A stretch of 64,000 nucleotides of DNA from Cyanophora paradoxa CCMP329 (lineage: Eukaryota; Plantae; Glaucophyta): positions 1 through 64,000 of the forward strand of contig QPMI01000684.1 in the NCBI GenBank assembly GCA_004431415.1. Direction: 5' to 3'. Positions 36,101 through 44,300 of this stretch are shown one piece after another (position 1 is the stretch's first letter; each line of letters begins with the position of its first letter). The position numbers and the translations under genes are program-made. The notes beneath the pieces are model-generated. The model searched no databases. It was not told the DNA's origin and saw only the letters and a list, made by a program, of their open reading frames with translations.

Positions 36101-37358
36101 ACAGGAAAACCCGGAAGGACGGCGGGCGAAATAGCCTGTCACATGCACGCGCCCCCATTACGGTTGACGAGTGCGCCAAAGCATTGTGTGTCAACCCGAA
36201 TTTTTATCGCACCGTGCGCCAAGTCTTTTGAAGAAACGGACGCGACAGGTCGATTTTGCTGCCCGGTACGGGAATAATGCAGAGAATAAGACCAGGAGGA
36301 TATAAATAAATTAAATGATTAAGCGCACCTTATTGTGTGGTCTTGGCTGGTTGAGCCCCAAGCGACGTACCACTTGCTCCCGAGCCTAGTGCAGGTCGCA
36401 AAGAGCTTGATGTTCACCGTGTTCGTTGGCGATTCGATGACCCAGCCGGTCTCGTGCGAGTAACTGCCGTGAAGCCTCGGATGCGAGGGGCAGCGTGTTT
36501 AAAGCCACATGTTGACGCGCACCGGAGAAGCTTTCCTTGCGTCCCAATACCCCATCCTAGGCATGCGTGAGCGCCATGCAAGCGGAAACATGTTTGAGGC
36601 CCGCGCGGACCTCCAGTTGCCCAGACGTATTTATCATAAACGGTTAAACCTGCGCGAACAGCATCGGGGCCGCGGCATGCTCCGTATACATCCACACAGA
36701 TCGAAGCAGCTCACAGTGCCCGACGAGCTCTACTGGCATGTCCTGGAGGATCGAGCGCGTGTCGAGCGCCACGGAAAAGCTCCAGAAGGTGCGGAGCTGA
36801 AACGGCGTCGCCGTGTCGTCGTGCCCGCCTGTGCATGCAAGAGAAAGCTCGAGCTCGTTTTACGTGCGCCTGCAATTGCAAAGGGCGCTCAAGACGCACC
36901 CGAACAATATATCGTGTCAGCTTCGTCCCTGTAGAAAGTCAGTTCATGATATTTTATTTAAGGCCTGGAAGCGAAATTGATAAATGCCGCACGAACCAAG
37001 CGCAGGCGCCCTCTCTACCAATGAAAGGCTGCTTGATGCTGGGCCAAATCCACGTCCCAGAATCGAAGTCGTAGTACTGAATCATATCCGTGTGGACAGC
37101 AGAACCGCCGACGACAGCATATCCCCCCACTACGGCCAGCTTCAAAGACCCCGAAATGTTCCGAAAAAGCGCTCCGGACGCCCAGGAGCGCCAGGCGACG
37201 TTCGTGTTGGGGGCAGCAGGAAGCGTGTCCACCTGGAGCTCGATCCAGTCTGGCTCAAGGTGTTCGTCGGCATAAGAAGGGCAGAGGAGCGGAAAGAGAA
37301 ATCTTAAAAGTAAGCGCGTGTGTCTCACTGGACGTGGTGAAGGCTGTCGAGTTGACAT
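2497..37358 (-). CDS. Putative single giant multi-exon cell-surface or receptor-like membrane protein, interrupted in an intron by the LTR element
   Basis: An ATG at 37358 precedes a signal-like RLLLRFLFPLLCPSYA. Same-strand exons continue down to ~2.5 kb with no obvious intergenic gap apart from the LTR element, and the splice phase is preserved across it (DATG|ELVEW). Not all junctions were verified (e.g. ~29230), so this could be two genes. Confidence 0.5.
6334..12050 (-). CDS. Extracellular beta-sandwich (Ig-like, PKD/REJ-like) repeats of the giant protein
   Basis: Repeated ~100-aa beta-rich exons with motifs such as WRLPDSLKAGLY, WAVPGQLAPGRYRVEV, PEVPAGEYSVEV, LYVGRPYTIRW and FRLTVRDRLGQSASALVSV. 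Confidence 0.55.
12050..13420 (-). CDS. Kelch-repeat (beta-propeller) exons
   Basis: FVTGG...LFVYDLALASWTRL, VFGG...VYDSLGASWAVLNVTGDAPAPRSGATLV and LSDVWLLDLASLAW match the GG...YD...W kelch pattern. Confidence 0.75.
14329..14611 (-). repeat. 3' LTR (283 bp)
   Basis: Identical by eye to 26707-26989, with TG...CA termini. Confidence 0.95.
14612..14627 (-). promoter_or_regulatory. Polypurine tract of the LTR element
   Basis: The minus strand reads TCAGCGGAAGAGGAGT immediately before the TGTCGCC start of the 3' LTR. Confidence 0.75.
18250..24320 (-). pseudogene. Heavily decayed gypsy-type pol remnants (RT, RNase H, possibly integrase)
   Basis: Fragments occur in the expected order: RLTPDRYPHRV (~24170, like T.PDRYPLPRI), SFGALT (~23605, like PFGLTN), DGDI (~23240), RVAEALCLQLSQK (~23130), PDPEA..EAVR (~22980), PVNIQADAY (~21580, RNase H TDAS-like), SPFSI (~19050). 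Each match is weak, and the order is the main support. Confidence 0.5.
25585..25682. repeat. 49-bp tandem duplication inside the LTR element, with a nearby ~24-bp direct repeat (~25744 and ~25804)
   Basis: CCGGAAGGAACTCGGGCGCGCGGCCTCAGTTCTC(A/G)ATCCGGTCCACTCG occurs twice, and CCGACCGGGAATAGCACCCTCGGG occurs twice. Confidence 0.85.
26707..26989 (-). repeat. 5' LTR (283 bp)
   Basis: Identical by eye to 14329-14611. Confidence 0.95.
30370..31880 (-). CDS. Array of five fibronectin type III-like repeats (large exon)
   Basis: ORF 30010..32001 has five ~100-aa units of the form PP.PP.V......RNATV...GG.WITS..ASC...W...GL.PNTTY.C.A......S..F.T. They are followed by a Pro/Thr linker and an RRL site. 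Confidence 0.85.
31900..37358 (-). CDS. N-terminal region: signal peptide plus three diverged tandem modules (kelch-like segment, Cys motif, FN3)
   Basis: Recurring motifs: DTIYCSG / YDEASTVYCSG / YNEDSAVFCTG; VYDKYVWATGG / VYNGVLWITGG; FN3 units GLVPNNTYTC and GLSPNATYSC; ACG.(H/D)LLW.G..(H/Y)RP..ID. Confidence 0.6.
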
Positions 37359-37359
37359 T

Positions 37360-37643
37360 ACACATAGTAAAATGCGGAGTTTTAACCCTCGGCTTAATCT
37401 TAATTGATTTTGTTGATATATATCGTATATTCTATTTCAATCAATCGATAATCTGTGTATATCTTATCGAATATTCATTTATTTCGATTATTTTGTATTC
37501 TTTTCGATATTTTATCGTAAATTTCTCTTATTTTCCGATTAGTCTTACTGAGTTAATCGATAATCTGTATATATTTCCGAATAATATAACTGAATCTCAA
37601 TTAGATCTTGCCTCTGGTTAAAACTCCGCATTTTACTATGTGT
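37360..37643. repeat. 28-bp perfect inverted repeat at the left terminus (37360-37387 / 37616-37643)
   Basis: ACACATAGTAAAATGCGGAGTTTTAACC ... GGTTAAAACTCCGCATTTTACTATGTGT. Confidence 0.95.
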
Positions 37644-37895
37644 GATTGGTCTTTTTGTTAATTGATTTAATCGATATTATATTCATGTACTTTCTCGATT
37701 AAATTTAATTAAATTTAATTCATTTAATCGGAAATATATCGCTTAACTCGATTAAGATCCATAAATGATTCATTTGTTTAATAAAACAAATAGATCTCTT
37801 ATTGAATTCAATCGTAATTATACATGAAACTTATATGATTTTATCATTGTTTTATTGAGTCTAAGGGGGACCCTTAGGATTTTTGAAATAATTGG

Positions 37896-38215
37896 GTGTC
37901 ACAGGTGTCACAGGTCCATCCCAAACTTTTGAAAATTCATTCTTTATAGGAGAAACTTTGGGATAAACCTGTGACACCTGTGACACATACCATATTTAGT
38001 AAGGATCTCTTTTATAATGAAAAACTCAGTAATAATCTTATCTATGTATTTCTAATTAAATGAATAAATGATTTAATCGAGTGTCACGGGTGTCACAGGT
38101 CCATCCCAAACTTTTGAAAATTCACTCTTTATAGGAGAAACTTTGGGATAAACCTGTGACACCTGTGACACATACCATATTCAGTAAGGACCTCTTATAT
38201 TGTGAAAATCTCAGT
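37896..38215. repeat. Two direct copies (period 185 bp) of a ~90-bp palindromic iteron unit; candidate replication origin
   Basis: (TGTCACAGG)x2-TCCATCCCAAA-AT-rich spacer-TTTGGGATAAA-(CCTGTGACA)x2-CATACCAT..AGTAAGG at 37896 and 38081. Confidence 0.85.
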
Positions 38216-38613
38216 GTTAGTTGGTGTAGTTGATTCAAAAAATGCATTTTATACTCTGATTCATTGTTATTTCCTGTGAAATTTGAGTCAACTCAACCCA
38301 CTTAGTCAACCCTTGCATTGAATTCGTAACAAAATCCATATACTATTACTACTTTTACGATTAATATGAGTCAACCTTGAGTCCACTTTAATTATAGGGG
38401 GAATCTTGGGCAGATGCTGAGGTTTTAGTGTAAGGAAATCGAACATTATTCTAATTATTTGACATTGCTTAATGTAGGGTGCATTCATATTTCGGCTACA
38501 TCATACAGTAGAATTTCTATCGTAAAGAATGACCGGAATCCGGAAAATAATCATTGTAGAAAGCTTTTGTAATAAAAAAGGTAAATTACCCTGATTATCA
38601 TTATATAAACCTA

Positions 38614-39012
38614 TCAAAACGGGAATCTATCATGTTTATGTCTCTCAGTCTTCTCAAATGTGAGGAAATTCATTGTTTTATCGATCTCATCTGCAACTGC
38701 TTGTGTTTTATGCTGAGCTTCTTTACCACAACTGAATATATCAATTGCTAACATGCCTTCATTGGAATAACAATGAGCTGTACAATGGCTTTCATCTAAT
38801 AGCAGAACCAATGCAAAACCAGGAGGTGATAGTTTCCCATCAAATATCTCACAGTGTTTATGAACAATCCTAATACCTTGTCTCAATATTGCTTGTTCAA
38901 GGGTTCTCATAATCCAATTACCAAGAAAGCTAACATGCTCATAACCTGTTGCTATAGCTGTTTTAGCCTTGTAATCAAGCATTACATGAAAGCCTCTGTA
39001 TTTAGTCTCCAT
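38614..39012 (-). CDS. speD: S-adenosylmethionine decarboxylase-family pyruvoyl enzyme (short prokaryotic-type fold)
   Basis: GFHVMLD...PPGFALVLLLDESHCTAHCYSNEGMLAIDIFSCG contains the E-SH self-cleavage site and the downstream H, Y, D and CG motifs; 132 aa. Confidence 0.88.
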   Translation of the reverse strand: METKYRGFHVMLDYKAKTAIATGYEHVSFLGNWIMRTLEQAILRQGIRIVHKHCEIFDGKLSPPGFALVLLLDESHCTAHCYSNEGMLAIDIFSCGKEAQHKTQAVADEIDKTMNFLTFEKTERHKHDRFPF

Positions 39013-39041
39013 TAAGAATACCTTAGAAAAATTAATTAATC

Positions 39042-39314
39042 CTAATCGAACCTAATGCAAATATCCCTGTACTCTACTTTGATTGATGAAGTAGCCCTTT
39101 TCCTGTAAGCCTGAGAATGCTTTTTGTTGCATTCCCTACAACCTGATCCCTTCACATGATTAAAGGGATATGTAAGGATCACCTTGTTACACTGCAAACA
39201 TCTAACAGATACTTTCTCTTGAGCTTTGATGTAATGTGTCTCACTGTAATCGAATTTATCTTTACCATGAACTGTCATAGCAGCATCAATAAACTTTTTT
39301 GTTTTACTATCCAT
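39042..39314 (-). CDS. Small zinc-binding protein, DUF723/CapR-homology-like
   Basis: KFIDAAMTVHGKDKFDYSETHYIKAQEKVSVRC..C......P.NH.KG.GC..C. Confidence 0.7.
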   Translation of the reverse strand: MDSKTKKFIDAAMTVHGKDKFDYSETHYIKAQEKVSVRCLQCNKVILTYPFNHVKGSGCRECNKKHSQAYRKRATSSIKVEYRDICIRFD

Positions 39315-39336
39315 ACTCTATATATAACCAATATTC

Positions 39337-40170
39337 TTATGGAGCAGTATCCTGCCCAAAAATGGGGAAATATCGATTTGTCCCATAGTATTCAGCATAG
39401 GTATTCTGCTTTGCAATAAAATCGGTTCTCTCTGCAAACATCACACACTTGTAGATACCAAACTTGGTGGCTCTCACTAAGAACTGATAGTCTTCCAAAC
39501 CGAAATTGACTCCATGATAAGCAATTCCGAAATTATCATATGGGGTGATCACTACTGCAAAGTTGGGAGTTCCACCTTCAACTTGGCATACAGCATAAAC
39601 ATCTGGTGGGATATCCACAACAACCTTGTAGTGATCACCAATCTCAACAAGAGAGTCTACTACTGCTGTTTGTTCATTCACAACAATGGGGAATATCTTG
39701 ATTATATAGGGGGCATTCATGCTGGGGACATAGGTTCGAATTCTTGTGTTGGGATCAATGGGATTGGGTTGATCATTCACAAATAAAGGCGCTCCAACAG
39801 CCCCACCAACCCTAAGACCATCACCAATATAAGCTCCCCCCGATTTGCAGTTAATAGCTCCCGACCTAGATTCAAAAGAATAAGTAGACAGAGGATCTCC
39901 ATAGCTATCTGGGTCTCCATAATGAGCAGAAAAGTTTGCATTTGTGACAAGTAGCTTAGTTGTCTTAACTATTCCATTATTTTTATCACATCTGAGTTCC
40001 TGTAATCTCAGCTTGTGGGTGGAACCAAATGTATTCATTGTAGGTTGGACCTCTGTGGATTGGAGACCCTCAACATCATCAAAAGTAGCATGCTGCAGAA
40101 CATGGTTTGCTGGTGCAGCTAATGAAAGCTGAGGTGTAATAATTCGTTCAAGTGGGGGTTGCTCAGCCAT
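39337..40170 (-). CDS. Putative virion fibre or spike protein, paralog 1
   Basis: Its N-terminal half is shared with 40194..41039 (ELR.DKN.G.VKTT.LLVTNANF; SGGA.IG.G.RV.G). The C-terminus is beta-rich and the gene lies next to the fibre gene. Confidence 0.55.
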   Translation of the reverse strand: MAEQPPLERIITPQLSLAAPANHVLQHATFDDVEGLQSTEVQPTMNTFGSTHKLRLQELRCDKNNGIVKTTKLLVTNANFSAHYGDPDSYGDPLSTYSFESRSGAINCKSGGAYIGDGLRVGGAVGAPLFVNDQPNPIDPNTRIRTYVPSMNAPYIIKIFPIVVNEQTAVVDSLVEIGDHYKVVVDIPPDVYAVCQVEGGTPNFAVVITPYDNFGIAYHGVNFGLEDYQFLVRATKFGIYKCVMFAERTDFIAKQNTYAEYYGTNRYFPIFGQDTAP

Positions 40171-40193
40171 TTTACATTAAAGGGATATATCTT

Positions 40194-41039
40194 TTATGGG
40201 GTTGGGTCATCAATTACATCTGGCTCCATGTAAAACCCTGTAACTGAAAGAGTATCAGGAGTTACACCTCTAAGAGCTGATACAGCGGCTATATCTGTTC
40301 TCAAACCGATAAGAGTTATAGTATATAACCCAATATCTGTAACAAACAAGTCAAAGGTGAAATTATTATTATAAACACAGTAGCCATAACCGAAATGATT
40401 GTATCCCTGAACATTGAAATAGTATTTATGACCTACTTGATTGTTGTTGGCTCTACAAAGGGAAAGCATTGCAGATGGAATCGCAAGACCTCTCAGTACT
40501 CTTTTGGTTCCTTCAATTAATTCCGAGTTTTCAAGAGTAACAGTATATCCAATGTAAAATTGAATTAATGGCTGCTGTGCAACAGGAGTATATAATCGAA
40601 TTCGTTGGGGGTCTTCAACATTCTGTTCAAGAGTATCTGGGACATCATTATACGAAATTGAGGATGAAAGCTGACCTGAAACTCTGCAACCTCCACCAAT
40701 AAAAGCTCCTCCTGATCTCACAGTAACAGCAGCAGAATTCTTATCGAAATCAAGGGCTTTCAGATCAACACTGAAAGCATCTGGACCTCCATTAGTAGGT
40801 TGGAAGAAGTTTGCATTTGTGACAAGAAGTCGAGTTGTTTTCACCACACCTGAATTCTTATCAGCTCTCAGCTCTTTAACTCGAATAATCGAATTTTTAT
40901 CAAAGGAGTTACCATTGGAGTTGGGTCTCTCTGTGGATTCTAAACCACGAACCTCATCATTAACTTCATGCTGGCGAAAATGCATTGCAGGGGATCCAAG
41001 GGAATATATAGGCAGTTGAACTCGATTATATTCACCCAT
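40194..41039 (-). CDS. Putative virion fibre or spike protein, paralog 2
   Basis: Clear paralogy with 39337..40170. The ATG at 41039 (MGEYNRV) aligns with the paralog start. Confidence 0.55.
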   Translation of the reverse strand: MGEYNRVQLPIYSLGSPAMHFRQHEVNDEVRGLESTERPNSNGNSFDKNSIIRVKELRADKNSGVVKTTRLLVTNANFFQPTNGGPDAFSVDLKALDFDKNSAAVTVRSGGAFIGGGCRVSGQLSSSISYNDVPDTLEQNVEDPQRIRLYTPVAQQPLIQFYIGYTVTLENSELIEGTKRVLRGLAIPSAMLSLCRANNNQVGHKYYFNVQGYNHFGYGYCVYNNNFTFDLFVTDIGLYTITLIGLRTDIAAVSALRGVTPDTLSVTGFYMEPDVIDDPTP

Positions 41040-41078
41040 TGCTTCTTTTACTAAGAAGTAAAGAAAAATAAACTGCAA

Positions 41079-41384
41079 TCAAGCCAAAGTGATTAAATTC
41101 GATCCAAGGGATTGGTAGGCAACTGAAAGTGATTGAAGGTTGGATGTCATTGATTTGATGTTGTTATCACATTCAGTGTATTTAACAACAGGGTCACCAT
41201 ATGCAGATTTGGCAAGGACATTAACCAAGAGGTTTTTATACTCATTTACAACTGGTGAGAGCTTGTTAGTTTGCTGAATCGTTTTTTCAACTGTTTGTAA
41301 TGCGTTTACAAGGGTGATTGTGTCAAAAGAAAGCGCAACAGGCTCAGTTGAATAGGTGGTTCCACCAAGAGGATAGGTCGCCAT
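41079..41384 (-). CDS. Hypothetical helical protein (101 aa)
   Basis: ATG-initiated ORF packed between the fibre genes. Confidence 0.6.
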   Translation of the reverse strand: MATYPLGGTTYSTEPVALSFDTITLVNALQTVEKTIQQTNKLSPVVNEYKNLLVNVLAKSAYGDPVVKYTECDNNIKSMTSNLQSLSVAYQSLGSNLITLA

Positions 41385-41387
41385 TTA

Positions 41388-44300
41388 TTATACTTTGACA
41401 TTTTTAATTTGGTCTATTTGATCCTGTTGATCTTTGCATTTTTGGGACAACTCCTTCACAGCTTCAATGAGAACTGGAATTAAACCTGTGTATTCAAGAG
41501 ATAGGTAGCCATCGTCTTTTTTAACATTAACTACCTCTGGTATTACCTTTTCTACATCTTGCGCAATTAAACCTAATTTCGTTCCATCTTTTTCGCTTCC
41601 AATTCGTTTAAAACTCACTCCTTCTAATTTTTCGATTGCTGAAAGAGCGCCGGATATCTTTTTAATGTCGGTTTTGTATCTTATGTCACTTCCTTGTGTT
41701 AAATAACCTCCAATCCACATCCATCCTCCATGATACATGTAACAAATATCAGTATCTTGTTCATTTCGGAATACAAGGGGAATATCTCCCCCTCCTTTCA
41801 AATATGTAGAAGTTTGGTTACCGAAATGGATACGATTATATCCATCACTGGAATTAAACCAAGTCCCCACAGTTCCTGTTAAGATATTGGGTTTGCTATA
41901 AACGTTATTCCAATGAATATAGCCGGTGTGACCGCCATAACTATTTCCAACCCAAATTTTCATGTAACTAATACCCATAATATGAACTCTTCCAATCTTT
42001 GGTCTAATTCGAATTGTGAGGAATCGATTACCAAGATGTATTGGAACATTATTTATACCACTGTGGTTACCATCAGGAGATGTGCTGTATGGTTGATAAC
42101 TATTTACTGATGTAATAAAAACTTCATTCCCTTGTCGATTCAGTCCCCAAATTTCAAAAATTCGTGAGTTAGTCCAAGGTAAATAAGTTAAAAACGCTGT
42201 TCCTTTGTGGTATCCATCAGGTATATCGAAGTCAATCCAAGCGGTAGATGTTTGATCATCCGTTTGATTATTATGAACATATGAACCATAATTATAATGT
42301 GGATCCCATGCTGAACTCCATGCCCATGTCCAACCCTCAGAACATCTATTAAATTCAATACCTCCTACTGTTTTATCTGCTGTGTGAAACTTTGGAACAG
42401 CATTACCATTTATTTGAAGATCTGTTGTAGCATTAATAGTGGGTGCTGTAATAGTGTTTTTCACCCAAAAGTTACCATTGTTATAAGACTTTAAAATTGC
42501 TCCATCTGCTGAGTCTCTAAATTCAATTGACACACCGTCACCATTCGGTCTCCCTCGTATATATGTGCAATCGCCATTACCAAACCAAATTCGCTCGACT
42601 GCATCTACTGATTTTAACCATGTATTTGTTGCCCATGTTGCGGTTTGTGGAAGGTCTGCGGCTGAGTAAAATGATGGTTTACTAAATACATTATCCCAAG
42701 AGATCATGCCCAATTCATTATCAGTTGCTCTCTGTCTGCTCCACCCAAAAACACCTGTGAGATGAATGCGACCTTTTCGACCTTGGACATAAATATATTT
42801 GTAGAATTCGCAATTGATAGAGACAAACAAGATTGTATTATGTGTTCCATCCTGATTCACCTGTTGAATTCCCTGATAGGCATTTACTCGTTTTAAGAAA
42901 TGTTGATATCCATTGACTGTTTGCCCATAGATATCAAAATATCTACAATTATACCAAGGCATGTGCTGGATATAAAATGATTTCATACCTGTGGGAATGA
43001 GCCATCTCATCCAACAACCACTGCAATCTTCATCATTTTGTGGTGTGGTATGACATCCATTTTGCCCTGTTCTTGATGCCCATGTAACAGTCCAGTTATT
43101 TGGAGATCTGTCTGTTGAAATCACATCTAACTGATCAAAATCATAACCTTTTGGAATTGTGGTTCCACCAATTTGTAGAGTGGTAGCATTCACAGTTCCA
43201 TTGACAGTCCCACCTGTAAGAGGTAAATAATTCCCAAGAGCTGCTGTTAATTCGTTATCTGTTACAACATCTGTAAGAGCTAATTGTAATTCTGTATTTG
43301 TTACATAATCTTTGTTTTCTAAATAATCATCTGTAACAACACCAGAGAGGGTCTCATTGTGTAAGTTTTTTGCTGCCATCCTCTGATTGACTTCTAAGGC
43401 TCCTCCTGCTAATGTTTTAATCCAGGACATTTCGCATTTCCCATAGTTATCTGATGGTTGTCCCACAAGTGGGACATAATTGAATTTGGATCGACTGAAT
43501 ATTATTTTAGGTCTGGAGCCATCAGTTGCACTGACATCTGTTACATTTACTTGCATAATGGCATCCTTATCATCATATGCTGCTGGATCAGATGGGAGAG
43601 GTGGTAATCCTGATGTCAATGTGATGTCCTCATTATAATAACTTGTTAAGAAGATGCCTGGTTTGGTATCAATCACCCCAACACCACCTGCTGAAATCAT
43701 TTGGATTCTTGTTGGTTGTTTGATGTATAATTCACCTTCCATTGTGGTCCCTGCATCAATGCCTTTTCGATTGACATAATAATCATTTAGTTGTAGCCTT
43801 TCAGGTATGGTATTACTCTGGTAGAGACTCACACCATTTGTAAAGTCTGTCAAAATATTGCCTGATGATGCAAAAGTTGGTTGTTCATCTATTTGACTCC
43901 AAGGGTGTCTGTGGTTGCTATTGGTTATTGTTGAGTAATCATGAGTGTGTGAATCAGGTGGGAAGGTTAATGGAGGATTTGTGATATGCTCCCATAAATG
44001 AGTATGGGCGAAATCTGTGATCTGATCTTTGGTGTGAGTATGGGCAAAATCTGTGATCTGATCTTTGGTGTGAGTATGGGCGAAATCTGTGATCTGATCT
44101 TTGGTGTGAGTATGGGCAAAATCTGTGATCTGATCTTTGGTGTGAGTATGGGCGAAATCTGTGATCTGATCTTTTGTGTGAGTATGGGCGAAATCTGTTA
44201 TTTGGTCTTTTGTGTGAGTATGGGCGAAATCTGTTATTTGGTCTTTTGTGTGAGTATGGGCGAAATCTGTTATTTGGTCTTTTGTGTGAGTATGGGCAAA

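Noticed and set aside
1-37358. Assigning the host species
   Set aside because: The style (very GC-rich, tiny introns) suggests a protist or alga such as a glaucophyte, but no marker gene is present to support a name.
37334-38488. Short ORFs in the viral left end (37334..37621, 38306..38488)
   Set aside because: They are low-complexity AT-rich translations in or next to repeats, with no motifs.
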